A stretch of DNA of 64,000 nucleotides from an uncultured delta proteobacterium (lineage in GTDB: Bacteria > Myxococcota_A > Polyangia > Polyangiales > B10-G4): positions 608,001 through 672,000 of the forward strand of contig CAVSGI010000010.1 in NCBI GenBank assembly GCA_963727445.1. Direction: 5' to 3'. Below, piece after piece: positions 41,201 through 50,920 of this stretch; the stretch's first letter is position 1, and the number at the start of each line of letters is the position of its first letter. A model generated the notes under the pieces. That model searched no databases and had not been told where the DNA came from. It saw only the letters and a list, made by a program, of their open reading frames with translations. The position numbers and the translations under genes are program-made.

Positions 41201-44200
41201 AGCGGCACTTCGGCAATCCTGTCCGATCCGACTCGACCACCAGGCCTGCTACGCGCGCTTCGAGAGACTCGGCTTCTCCTACGGGGACTCATTCCGTGGC
41301 ATTCGGGCTTTGCACGTGGGTCCGCGGCGGGCCTTCGCCGAGATCGAGGTCCCAGCATCGCTCTCGAAGGTGGAGGCCTACTCGTTTCATCCGGCCGTGC
41401 TCGACGCGTGTTTACAGCTCCTCGCCGGCGCGGCGCCGGAGCTCCACGGCCTGGCCGTGCCGGTGGCCATTCGGCGCATGCGGGTGCACGGGACCCTGAC
41501 GCGACGCATCCAGTGCTTCCTCCAGCTCCACGCCGGGCACGGTCAGGATCTGGTGGGTGACCTTCTGGCCTTCGATGAAGAGGGCCGGCTCCTCATCGAG
41601 ATGGAGGACCTCACCGCACGCTGCACGGAACTGTCGCGGCCAGCGACGGTCGCCGACTTCGACCCACTGCTCTATTCCCCGCGCTGGGTGAATGCGCCGC
41701 TCGATGGCAAGCACGATGCCTCGTGGATCCCGCGATTGGACCAGCTCGCCGCAGCTGGAGGAAAGGCGCCACGGTGGCAGGTTCGGCGCGTCGACATCGG
41801 GGACGGCGAAGCAGAGCTCGAAGCGCTGGCCACGGACTACATCGTGTCCGCACTCAGGAACCTGGGATGGCAGCCGGCGCTCGCCGATCGCTTCACGGCG
41901 ACAGAGCTCGGTCGCTCCCTCGGGGTGGATCCGCAGCACGATGCGCTCTTGGCACGCTACCTCGGCTTTCTCGTCGTGGACGGCGTGCTCGGCCTCGAAG
42001 CCGGGTCCTACGAGGTGCGGCGCGATCCGGGGCGACCCGAACCGAGCGCCACCTGGCGAGAGCTCTACTTTCGCTACCCTGCCTCGCAGGCCGAGCTTCG
42101 GCTGCTCCGCCGGTGCGGGTCCCACCTGGCCGACGCACTGGCTGGGAAGATGAGCGGCGTCGAGTTGATCTTCGTCGACGGCTCGTCGAGCCTGTTGGAG
42201 CACCTCTACCAACACGCACCTTCGGTCGCTTCTGCAGCGGCCGCCGTGCAGTCGGTGATCGAGGCGCTCGACGCGGCTCGGCCCGTCGGCCGGCCCCTGC
42301 GGATTCTCGAGGTCGGCGCTGGAACCGGGGGCCTCACGGCCGCGATGGTTCGTGCCCTGCCGGATCGCGAGGTCGACTACTGCTTCACCGACGTCTCGCC
42401 TCTGTTCTTGCAGCGCGCGAAGGAGCGGTTCCAAGACCTCCCGTTCCTTCGCTTCGAGATCTTCGACCTCGAGCAGCCCGCGCAAGAACGAGGCTTGGCC
42501 CCCGGGTCCTTCGACGTGATCCTCGGTCTGGACGTGCTGCACGTCATGTCCCGACTCGACCGCGCACTCGAGGCGATCGGCGAGCTCTTGGCTCCCGATG
42601 GCGTCTTCGTGCTGGCGGAATTGGTGGAGCGCTACCGGACCAGTGAGCTGTTCTTCGGAATGCTGCCAGGCTGGTGGAGCTTTCAGGGCGACCCACGCCG
42701 CGACGATCACGCACTCTTGTCACCATCTGATTGGAAGTCGCTTCTGCAGGAGCACGGCTTTCGCGAGGTCGTCCGGACGGCCGCGCCCGACCCGTCGGCG
42801 CGCGCGGTCTTCCTGGCCCGGCGCCCTCGGATCTCGGCGAGCAGCGAGCCGCGGAAAGAAGAGTCCGCGGCGGCGCCGACGACGGGCCAGCGTTGGGTCG
42901 TGTTCGAGGACGCCGGGGGCGTGGGCGCGGCCATGACCGAACGCCTTCGAACGACGGGGGCCGAGGTGATCACGCTACGAGAGGCCGACGCCCCGGACGA
43001 GGCGCATCTGGCGCGAATCCTCGGGGGCTCGCTCCACGGCGTGCTCCATCTGTGGAACCTCGATGTCCCGGACGGCAAAGAGGCCATCGCGCACGCCGAG
43101 AGCCACGGCACGTTCTCGATCGCGCGCCTCGCCCAGGCGATCCCCGAAAAGGGCCGCGCCGGGTCCCATCCACTCGTCATCGTCACGCGGCAGGCATGGG
43201 CCGTCGATGGGCCGTCGAGCGAGCCCGCCGCGGCCCTGGCGTGGGGCCTCGGTCGCTCGCTTCGAAACGAGCGCGTCGACCTCGACCTGCGCTTGTTGGA
43301 CATCGACGACGAGGCGGACGTCGACGCTCTGTGGACGGAGATCCGCGGAGGCGTGGACGACGAAGTTGCGCTGCGAGGCTCGAGACGCTTCGTTCGGCGG
43401 CTGAACCCCACCGCGCTCCGCGACCTCCAACGAGAAGCGCCGCCACGGGATTGCCGCATGGTGCTGACGGTGCCAGGTCTCGTGGAGTCGCTCTCGCTCT
43501 TCGAAGTCTCGGACGACCCGCTCCCCGAGGGGTGGGTATCGGTCGACGTCGCATCCACGTCGCTCAACTTCAAGGACGTGACCCGCGCGGTCGGCCTCCT
43601 CGCGGAGTCCCGCGAGAGGGCCGCCTCGGCGTCCGAGCTGGGCCAGGAGTCCGCTGGTGTAGTGCGTCGCGTCGGTCCGGGAGTCGACGGAGTCGAAGTG
43701 GGAGACCGGGTCCTGGCATTGGTCGGCGGAGGCCTCGGTTCCGTCGTGCGTTGCCCCGCGGCGCTCGTCGCCAAGCTCCCCGACGACGTCACCTTCGACG
43801 AAGCTGCGGCTATTGGCATGGTCTTCCTGACCGCGTACCACGCTCTCTTGAATCTGGCGCGCTTGCGGCCCGACGAGACGGTGCTGGTTCATTCGGGAAC
43901 GGGTGGTGTGGGTCTGTCGGTCATCCAGCTCGCGCACTCCATCGGCGCGCGCGTGATGGCGACGGCGGGCTCGGCGGAAAAGCGCGAGATGCTCTTGGCG
44001 CTCGGCGCCGAACGTGTCGGAGACTCGCGTTCGCTGGCCTTCGTCGACGACGCGCGCGCGTGGACCGATGGGCGGGGCGTGGACGTCGTCGTCAACAGCC
44101 TGGCGGGCGACGCCCTGCACGCGAGCCTGAATGCGCTCGCGCCCTACGGACGATTCGTCGAGCTCGGCCGGCGCGACATGGAAGAAGGTGGGCGCCTCGA

Positions 44201-46727
44201 TCTTCACCCGTTCCTGGAGAACCGCGCGTTCTTCGGCGCCGATGTCGACGCGTTGCGTAGTGAACGCCCGGAGGAAGCCGGCGCAGTGATGCGCGGATTC
44301 CTCGAGGACGTGGCCCGTGGGCGCATGCGAACGTTGCCGTACAGACGCTTTCCACTCTCGGAGACCGTGCCGGCTTTGCGCGCCCTCTCGCGTGCGGAAC
44401 ACACGGGCAAGTTCGTCATCTCGACCGGCACCGAGTCGCGTACCGTCGTCCCCGCCGCGGCACCGAAGCTCTCGTTACCCGGTACTCACGTGATCACCGG
44501 CGGATTGGGAGGGCTGGGCTTCGCGCTCGCCCAGTGGCTCGTCGCCTGTGGCGCGCGCCACGTGGCGCTGCTCGGACGACGCGGCCTTCAGAGCGAATCC
44601 GACCGGGAACGCGTCGAGGCCCTGGGCCGCGCCGGCGCCGACGTCCGGGTGTGGCCCTGCGACGTCAGCGACTCATCACGCCTCGCCGCAGTGCTCGCCG
44701 AGGTGCGGGCGACGATGCCCCCCGTCCACGGCGTGTTCCATCTCGCCATGGTGCTGCGCGACGAGCCGGTCGCGCGCATGAGCGCACAGACCCTTCACGA
44801 AGTGCTCGCCCCGAAGGCCTGGGGCGCCTTCCATCTCCACAGGCTCACAGAGTCGGATCCCCTCGAGCACTTCGTGTGCTTCAGCTCGGTGTCCGCCGAG
44901 CTGGGAACCCTCTTCCAGGGGTCCTATGCGGCGGCGAACACGATGCTCGATGCCCTCGCTCATCATCGGCGTGCGCTCGGCAAGCCAGCGCTTTCGATCG
45001 ACTGGGGAGCCGTGGCGGAGGTGGGCGTGGTCGCGGAGACGCGAGAGACGGCCAGCTTCCTCGCGAGCCTCGGCGTGGACACCATCCCCGTCGCTCGCCT
45101 CCTGGCGGTGCTGGGCGAGATGATGCGTAACCCTGCCGCCCCACCTCAACTGATGGTATCGGCGATGGATCACGCGCGGCTCATCCGGGCGATGCCGCGC
45201 CTTCGGGAGAGCCCCAAGTTCGAACGCCTGACCGAATCGCTGGTCGAGGCGACCATGGGCACGGGAGGCGACGAGGTCGATCGCAAGACCCTGATACGGA
45301 GAGAGGTAGCAGCGATACTCGGGAACGACCCAAAGCGTGTGCGCGATGACATGCCGCTCGTCGATCAGGGCCTGGATTCGCTGATGGCCGTCGAACTCTC
45401 CAATCGGCTCCGGAACAAGCTCGGAATCGAAGTCGCCACCATGACGCTGCTGGAACACGCGACGGTGACGAGCCTCGAGGAGAGAACGGCCCGAGAAGGG
45501 GACCGCTCTGCATCCGCCGAGTCGGAGTCCTCCGAATCTGTGGACCTCGACGCCGAGGCCCAGCTCGATGCGTCCATCGCACCCACCGGGCGCGACATCA
45601 CACACACCGCCGATCCCCAGATGGTCGTGGTCACGGGGGCCGCGGGGTTCATCGGGGCACACCTGGTCCATCGCCTGCTCGAGCAGACGTCGGCCGAGAT
45701 CCAGTGTGTGGTGCGGGACCGAGGCGACGGCGCTCGCGCCCGATTGCTGCGCGCCCTCGACGGGTACGGGCTCACACACCCCGACCGGGAACGACGCTTG
45801 AAGGTCGTCGACGGAGACGTGGCATTCCCGCGCTTCGGGCTCGACGCCAGCACGTGGGAGTCCCTCGCCGAGGCCGACCACATCTACCACGCTGCAGCCC
45901 GGCTCAACTTCGCCCTTCCTTATCGGGCCCTGCGTGGCCCAAACGTCGTCGGTGTTCGAGAAGCGCTGAGGCTGGGTGCGACGGGCCGCCTGACGCCGGT
46001 TCATCATCTCTCCAGCTTTCCGGTCGTCGGTCAGCCAGGCGGAGTTCCGGCCGAGCGGGGATACAGCGCGCACTACCTCGCGTCACGCGGCTACGACGTC
46101 GGCTACATCCAGACGAAGTGGGTCGCCGACCAGCTCGTAACCCACGCGCGAGACCGAGGGCTCCCGGTCACGACCTATCGACCTGGCTTGGTGGCAGGGC
46201 ACTCCGGGACTGGCGTCTGGAACACCGAGGATGTCACCTGTCGCATCATCAAAGGTTGCATTCTCCTGGGAACGGCGCCCGATCAGGATCAGATGCTCGA
46301 TCTCGTTCCCGTCGACTACGTGGCCGCGGCGGTGGTGAACTTGTCCCTCCGCGAGAGCTCGTTGGGGCGGGGCTTCAACATGGCCAACCCCGCGCCCGTT
46401 AGCTGGCGGTGGTTCGTCGGGTGGCTTCGGGAACAGGGATACGACATCGAGCTGGTCCCCAGTGAGCGCTGGCACCGACAGGTGTCCGCGGGTCGCCTGC
46501 CGGAGGATAATCCACTCCGGAGTCTCGTGCCCTACTTCCAGCAGCGCCCACTGGACCGACCGCTCGTAGGGTATCGCGAGCACGCGCGTGCACCACGGCT
46601 ACTCGCCCGACTCACGACGGGGGCCGCGCTAGAGGGTCAGGGCGTCCTCTGTCCACCTCTTGACCGCAAACTGCTCGGCTTGTATGTCAGCTTTCTGCAA
46701 AGCACCGGGTTTCTCCCGCTTCCCTGA
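38214..46727 (+). CDS. Single-module highly reducing type I polyketide synthase KS-AT-DH-cMT-ER-KR-ACP-R (terminal thioester reductase)
   Basis: KS DTACSSS/HGTGT/GHLE; AT GHSIG and VPYHS; DH HVLQGSVVFP and LDACLQ; MT LEVGAGTGG; ER LVHSGTGGVG; KR TGGLGGLG, VLRD and YAAAN; ACP GLDSL; R TGAAGFIG and YIQTK. Confidence 0.95.
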   Translation: MDIAIIGIGCRYPGGVDSPASFWRLLRSGVDAITEIPDDRWSQSTQFDPDKPPGTSNSRWGGFLDDVSGFDPSFFGISPREAAAMDPQQRLLLELAWEAMEDAGVPPGTLRGTPCGVFVGQSSFDYAEIQKAPSNRHLIDAYTNLGTAGSIAANRISYIFDLKGPSMTIDTACSSSLVATDVACRYLRDGVIDHALIGGINLILKSETTIGFAQASMLSPDGRCFAFDARANGYVRSDGAGVVLLKPLAHALRDEDRVYAVIKATVSNQDGHTRGITVPSQSAQVAAIESALAQAGLAPHEVQYVEAHGTGTPVGDPIEVRALSAALGGDRARPLLVGSVKTNIGHLESGAGVAGLVKAALALHHGTIPPSLHVERPNPAIDFELLGVEVVTSPTPWPEGPRYAGLNSFGFGGANAHVILGDAPPAPARSTPHPGPHLLTVSGRSEAGLRARLAQLTECLEHDAIPLADLCHTASARRDHHPYRRGVVGADRASLTAAISHAMDQPVAPVPAARPQVAFVYTGMGPQWFGMGRELSASSDVFRDAMVRCDALFAGLEHGVSVLEVLAADEEASLIDRTEHAQPAIFSIQVALTELWRRWGLRPDLIIGHSIGEAAAAWAAGALTLEQAALVIHHRSRLQAETAGSGTMLAVGLSATAVTHFLRGLEDRVAIAAINSGDSVTLAGEHDALEQIAEALDRVGAFQRRLSVEVPYHSPQMAPVAKHLASALSTLVPVPASVSMFSTASGTWVGERLLDGAYWASNVENPVRFKDGIHALVSRGAAAFLQVGPHPVLSNALMSEAPDRPALASLRRNAPEHQTLLTAAARLYELGLSFDWAEINAGKRVDLPSYPFQRQPFWREDQRSEETRIGAARHPMIGRRTMAPAPRWNPTIDTRRLPWVADHVLQGSVVFPGTGYVEMALAAGSELFGGLPGGLDDVRFEQAFFVQRDTRHALELQVDPASKQWEVFGRGPENHWIRHASGWLHRDRSSVPVIDAAALRQSCPIRLDHQACYARFERLGFSYGDSFRGIRALHVGPRRAFAEIEVPASLSKVEAYSFHPAVLDACLQLLAGAAPELHGLAVPVAIRRMRVHGTLTRRIQCFLQLHAGHGQDLVGDLLAFDEEGRLLIEMEDLTARCTELSRPATVADFDPLLYSPRWVNAPLDGKHDASWIPRLDQLAAAGGKAPRWQVRRVDIGDGEAELEALATDYIVSALRNLGWQPALADRFTATELGRSLGVDPQHDALLARYLGFLVVDGVLGLEAGSYEVRRDPGRPEPSATWRELYFRYPASQAELRLLRRCGSHLADALAGKMSGVELIFVDGSSSLLEHLYQHAPSVASAAAAVQSVIEALDAARPVGRPLRILEVGAGTGGLTAAMVRALPDREVDYCFTDVSPLFLQRAKERFQDLPFLRFEIFDLEQPAQERGLAPGSFDVILGLDVLHVMSRLDRALEAIGELLAPDGVFVLAELVERYRTSELFFGMLPGWWSFQGDPRRDDHALLSPSDWKSLLQEHGFREVVRTAAPDPSARAVFLARRPRISASSEPRKEESAAAPTTGQRWVVFEDAGGVGAAMTERLRTTGAEVITLREADAPDEAHLARILGGSLHGVLHLWNLDVPDGKEAIAHAESHGTFSIARLAQAIPEKGRAGSHPLVIVTRQAWAVDGPSSEPAAALAWGLGRSLRNERVDLDLRLLDIDDEADVDALWTEIRGGVDDEVALRGSRRFVRRLNPTALRDLQREAPPRDCRMVLTVPGLVESLSLFEVSDDPLPEGWVSVDVASTSLNFKDVTRAVGLLAESRERAASASELGQESAGVVRRVGPGVDGVEVGDRVLALVGGGLGSVVRCPAALVAKLPDDVTFDEAAAIGMVFLTAYHALLNLARLRPDETVLVHSGTGGVGLSVIQLAHSIGARVMATAGSAEKREMLLALGAERVGDSRSLAFVDDARAWTDGRGVDVVVNSLAGDALHASLNALAPYGRFVELGRRDMEEGGRLDLHPFLENRAFFGADVDALRSERPEEAGAVMRGFLEDVARGRMRTLPYRRFPLSETVPALRALSRAEHTGKFVISTGTESRTVVPAAAPKLSLPGTHVITGGLGGLGFALAQWLVACGARHVALLGRRGLQSESDRERVEALGRAGADVRVWPCDVSDSSRLAAVLAEVRATMPPVHGVFHLAMVLRDEPVARMSAQTLHEVLAPKAWGAFHLHRLTESDPLEHFVCFSSVSAELGTLFQGSYAAANTMLDALAHHRRALGKPALSIDWGAVAEVGVVAETRETASFLASLGVDTIPVARLLAVLGEMMRNPAAPPQLMVSAMDHARLIRAMPRLRESPKFERLTESLVEATMGTGGDEVDRKTLIRREVAAILGNDPKRVRDDMPLVDQGLDSLMAVELSNRLRNKLGIEVATMTLLEHATVTSLEERTAREGDRSASAESESSESVDLDAEAQLDASIAPTGRDITHTADPQMVVVTGAAGFIGAHLVHRLLEQTSAEIQCVVRDRGDGARARLLRALDGYGLTHPDRERRLKVVDGDVAFPRFGLDASTWESLAEADHIYHAAARLNFALPYRALRGPNVVGVREALRLGATGRLTPVHHLSSFPVVGQPGGVPAERGYSAHYLASRGYDVGYIQTKWVADQLVTHARDRGLPVTTYRPGLVAGHSGTGVWNTEDVTCRIIKGCILLGTAPDQDQMLDLVPVDYVAAAVVNLSLRESSLGRGFNMANPAPVSWRWFVGWLREQGYDIELVPSERWHRQVSAGRLPEDNPLRSLVPYFQQRPLDRPLVGYREHARAPRLLARLTTGAALEGQGVLCPPLDRKLLGLYVSFLQSTGFLPLP

Positions 46728-46742
46728 CGGACGGAGACGACA

Positions 46743-47300
46743 ATGGCCAGCGACTTTCAAAAGCAGAAGTACCTCGACTTTTTCAACGTCATCGACAGCA
46801 ACCAGAACGGACAGATCGAGTTCGATGACATGGCGTCCCACGTCTACAAGCTCGCCACCGCCAAGGGTTGGCAGGAGAGCGACGATGCGTTCAAGCGCCT
46901 CCTCGACGCCAAGAAGAGCACCTGGAAGGCCATCTCCGAGCGCTGCGGCGGGTCAGAGAAGATCTCCAGTGATGAGTGGGTCGACATGTGCGACGGCGTG
47001 GCAACCGAGATAAAGCGCGACGGCAAGGCGCCCGCGTTCGTCACCGAGGCTCATCTCGCGACCTTCAACTCTCTCGATCTCGACAACAGCGGCGGGATTC
47101 ATCTCGACGAGTACGAGCACTACCTGAAGTCGATGGATGCCTCGACCGCGCAGGCGGCCGACGCGTTCAGCCGGGCCGACGCCAACAGCGACGGTCAGGT
47201 CACGATGGAGGAGCTGCAGGATCTACTCGTCGAGTTCTTCGTCAGCGACGAGCCCGGCGATCCCGGAAACGGCTTCGTGTCCGGCAAGGTCTACGCCTGA
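46743..47300 (+). CDS. EF-hand calcium-binding protein, calexcitin/sarcoplasmic Ca-binding protein/calerythrin type
   Basis: Loops DSNQNGQIEFDD, DLDNSGGIHLDE and DANSDGQVTMEE, with a degenerate second loop; SDFQKQK N-terminus and EFFVSDEPGDPGN C-terminus; GGAG RBS in the 15-nt gap. Confidence 0.9.
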   Translation: MASDFQKQKYLDFFNVIDSNQNGQIEFDDMASHVYKLATAKGWQESDDAFKRLLDAKKSTWKAISERCGGSEKISSDEWVDMCDGVATEIKRDGKAPAFVTEAHLATFNSLDLDNSGGIHLDEYEHYLKSMDASTAQAADAFSRADANSDGQVTMEELQDLLVEFFVSDEPGDPGNGFVSGKVYA

Positions 47301-47442
47301 GCGCTCGGGCCCGACGGAGTCACGGCCTCCAACCCTCGCACGACAACAGCGGGTCACGATGCATCCCCGCCGACGAGATGCTCTTGCCCGTGTGCCGCGC
47401 CAGCGTGTCGTCGATTACAGCGGGGTGAGCCCCCGGATCTCG

Positions 47443-48181
47443 CTACTGATGGTGCATCGCGGGCGTCGCGGGGAGCGCCTCGACGCCGACGGTGGCGAGA
47501 CCTGTAGGCAACGGGGTCGTCGCCGTGCTCGCCGCGGGAAGCATGATGCAGGTGGCCGAAGAGGTGAAGTCGATCGCGCCGGTGGTCACGGAAGAGGTCG
47601 GCGCGAAGTCGATCGTCCCGTTCGGAACAGGGACCTCGAAGAGCCACAGTCCGCCCGGGATCGCTTCGAGCGATGCGGAGGTCGACGCGACGAGCAGTCC
47701 GCCCTGGGAGGTGATGCGCGCCGTGGGTGGAGATTGACCGTTGTCGCCGCCGTACCACTTGGCCCAGGCGAAGCGCGTCGGCGAGGTCTTCGAGTGTGTC
47801 GAGGGCGTCATCGAGTGCGGAGAGCGCCTCGGTCGGCGAAAGAGATTGCCAGTCGAAATGAAGCCAGAAGTGAAGCGTGATCGACGCGCGAAGCGTGCCG
47901 GTTCCGTCGATGCGATCCTCGGTCGTCGCGTCTTTGCCGTCACCGTCGAAGAGCTCTATTGGAACGTCTGTCGCGCCGATCGGGAAGGTGATCGTGAGCG
48001 GCGCGCTCGCCGCACCCGGGCCGGTGGGCGTCGGAGGAGGCAAGAGCGTCGGTGCCTCGACCCCCTCGACCGGAATCTGCATGTCGAGGTCGAGTCGACG
48101 AAACGCGTGGTACACGGTGGCGGGCTCGGTCGTGACGACCATGCCGGGCGCGTCGCGCTCGATCGCGACAACGCGGCGCAA
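47443..48181 (-). pseudogene. Fragment of a large surface protein, lacking a convincing start, with a frame change at ~47770
   Basis: Protein-like text (VVTTEPATVYHAFRRLDLD..., IELFDGDG...; then GGLWLFEVPVPNGTIDF) spans two frames, with no signal peptide. Confidence 0.4.
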
Positions 48182-48299
48182 TAGCCCCTGTGGTCATGAC
48201 GAACGCGGTCCTGGAAGGCAGAGATCTAGCCGGGGTTTAGAATTCGTCGTTGGCGGCGACCGCCTTTCCATTCTCTTCACGGTCTCTTAGGATGTGTCC

Positions 48300-49061
48300 A
48301 TGAGGTCGGGTTCGGCCGTCTTCTTGTTCGTCTTTTCTGCCGTGCTCCTTCCTTCTCTGGCGTACGCGCAGGAAGAGGGGGACGAGGCGGCCGTCGAGCA
48401 CTTTCGCCTGGGCCAGGAGTACCTGGCCGACAACCGTTTCGAGGACGCGCTCCGCGAGTTCCGCGACGCCCATCGCCTCAGCGGCCGCGCCGAGATGATC
48501 TTCAACGAGGCGGTCGCGCTCGAGAAGCTGCAGCGGTGGGGAGAAGCGGCCGACGCCTACGAGCGCTTCGTGGACGCCGTCCCGGAGGATCACTCGGCTC
48601 GTGAAGGCGCCGTGTCGCGCGCGCAGGAGATGAGACGTCGCGAGGCGTCGGAGCCAGCCACCGAGATGGTCGAGCCCGTGACGCTGCAGCCGGTGAGGGT
48701 CGCCAGCCCGAGCCCGCTCACCTTGCCCGGCGTCGTGGTCCTCGGCGTGAGCGCGCTCATCGGCGCGAGCTCTCTGGTCACTGGGTTGATCGCCCACGGG
48801 ACCTACAGCGATCTCGAGACGCAGTGCGTCGACGACATCTGCCCGGCGTCGCTCCGGGACGACCGCGACACCGCGTCGTCCTTCGCGTCGGTGTCGACCG
48901 TCCTCTTCGTGACCGCCGTCGTCGGCGGCGTGCTCGGTGGCACGCTGATGGCGCTCGGCCTCGCGGGGGTGGGCGCGGACGACGGCGAGGGCGCGAGCGC
49001 GGCCATCGTCCCCTTCGGTGCCCCGGGGGGCGGCGGCTTGACCGTGACGGGAAGCTTCTGA
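48300..49061 (+). CDS. Secreted TPR protein with C-terminal hydrophobic segments
   Basis: Signal peptide; AVEHFRLGQEYLADNRFEDALREF, FNEAVALEKLQRWGEAADAYERF; ends GLTVTGSF. Confidence 0.8.
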   Translation: MRSGSAVFLFVFSAVLLPSLAYAQEEGDEAAVEHFRLGQEYLADNRFEDALREFRDAHRLSGRAEMIFNEAVALEKLQRWGEAADAYERFVDAVPEDHSAREGAVSRAQEMRRREASEPATEMVEPVTLQPVRVASPSPLTLPGVVVLGVSALIGASSLVTGLIAHGTYSDLETQCVDDICPASLRDDRDTASSFASVSTVLFVTAVVGGVLGGTLMALGLAGVGADDGEGASAAIVPFGAPGGGGLTVTGSF

Positions 49062-50802
49062 TGCCCCGCCTTCTGCCCCTGGCGATCCTGCTCTCCCTGA
49101 GCGCCTGCACGGCGCTGGACGACTTCGGCAAGTTCCAGTTCCCCGACGCGACCGTCGATGGGAGCGCCGACAGCGGCGACGTCGGCCCCGACGCCCCCGC
49201 GTGCGTGCCCTCGATGGACGGAGAGGTGTGCAACGGCCTCGACGACGACTGCAACGGCCTCCCCGACGAGGGCGACATCTGTGGTCCCGGCCTGTCCTGC
49301 GTCATGGGCGAGTGCGTCGACTGCGAGCCGGGGATCCCCGACCCGCCCGACGTCGACTTCTACGACGCGAACTGCGACGGCATCGATGGCGATTTCGACT
49401 CGGCGATCTTCGTGGCGCCAGGCGCAGCGCCGGGTGGGGACGGTCGGACGCCAGATGCGCCCCTCGCCTCGATCCAAGCCGGCATCGACGCGGCGATCAA
49501 CGCGACGCGGTCCGAGGTCTACATCGCGGCGGGCGAGTACACCGAATCCGAGCCGGTACGGCTCGCGTCGGGCATCTCGCTCTACGGCGGCTACGACGCG
49601 ACGTTCACCAGCCGCAGCGACGCGGCGACGGTGCTCCACGGCGCGACGACGGCCGTCCTGGGCGAACGGCTGAGCAGCGACGTGGAGCTCCAGCTCCTCA
49701 CGATCGAGTCCGCCACCGCCACGACGCCGGGCGAGAGCTCCTACGTCATCCGGGTGATCGACAGCCCGGGGATGATCCGCATCGTCGCGTGCGAGCTCTT
49801 CGCCGGCGATGGAGCGCCTGGGGAAGGTGGAGCGAGCGGGTCCAGCGGAGCGATGGGGAACGTTGGGGACCCGGGGATGGACGGCGAAGATCGCCTCGGG
49901 GCCGGCCTCTCGGGGCAGGCGGGGGGGCGGCGGTGAGCTGCGCCGGTGGACGCAGCTCGGGCCGCGGGGGCCAGGGCGGGGACTCGGGTCCGTCGAACGA
50001 CTGCATGCCCACTTACGCCTGCCGCGATGGGTTGGACGGGGCCAGGGGACAACTCACCGGAGGAACCGCGGGCGCTGGAGGTTCGGCAGTCACCAACTGC
50101 CAAATAACGGAAAGCAGCGGAGGGGGGCCGGCCGACGGCGCAGAGAGTGGAATGCAGGGCGCGCCGGCGATGGCTCTCGGATTGGTCGACGGCGGCTCGT
50201 ACGTCCCCGCCCTCAGCGGCCCGGGTGACGATGGAGCGCCGGGGCCGGGCGGCGGCGGCGGCGGTGGGGGCGCTTCGGTCCTGAACGCCATCGGCGGGAG
50301 CGGCGGCGGCGGTGGCTCCGGTGGATGTCAGGGAACGGGTGGCGGCGGAGGTGGGGGAGGCGGTGCGTCGATCGCCGTCCTTCTCGTCAACGCCGTGGCC
50401 CTCCTGGCGAACGGGACGATTCTGCATCGCGGAGCGGGAGGCCCGGGGGGACGGGGCGGTGATGGCGGCATGGGAGGAGCCGGCGGCAGTGGAGGCAGTG
50501 GGGGGGGCTCAACTACGACTGCCACCGGCACTTGTTCGACGTTCCCAGGTGCTGGCGCCGGGGGAAACGGTGGAGACGGCGGGGAAGGCGGCGCTGGCGG
50601 TGGGGGCGCCGGTGGGCCTGGAGGCCCCTCGATCGGCGTCCTTCGCATCTCCGCGGCGATCACCGCGCCCGGATTGACCTACGAGGGCGGCATGGGCGGT
50701 GCGCCGGGCATGGGCGGCAACCGACCCGCCACCGGCAGCACCCCGGCCGAACGCGCGCCGTCCGGCCCGATGGGCATGGTCTACGACGACCATTCGCTCT
50801 GA
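49061..50802 (+). CDS. Lipoprotein with MopE-type metal-binding motif, DUF1565-like domain and Gly-rich repeat region; frameshift at ~49910-49927
   Basis: LSAC lipobox; EVCNGLDDDCNGLPDE, DANCDGIDG and LYGGYD; Gly-rich GGGGGGGASIAV. The ATG overlaps the TPR gene TGA. Confidence 0.7.
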
Positions 50803-50920
50803 GCGTCGTCGTGGACGACATTCGTCGTCCGGCTCCCCGATCTCGCCGGCTCGCGCTTCTTGCCCGTGGTGGAAGGATACCGCCGACTCCGACGCGGATC
50901 GTCGAGCTACACTCACCTCC

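Noticed and set aside
46743..47300. Aequorin-like photoprotein or bioluminescence system
   Set aside because: The EF I/III/IV pattern is shared by the whole SCP family. The termini look calexcitin-like, I cannot identify the photoprotein His/Trp/Tyr set, and there are no luciferin or lux genes.
49910..49930. Phase variation at the G7 tract
   Set aside because: A short homopolymer in Gly-codon-rich DNA, in an assembly with many other single-base indels; sequencing error is the simpler explanation.
49930..50802. Mycobacterial PE-PGRS protein
   Set aside because: No PE domain; the similarity is only Gly-rich composition.
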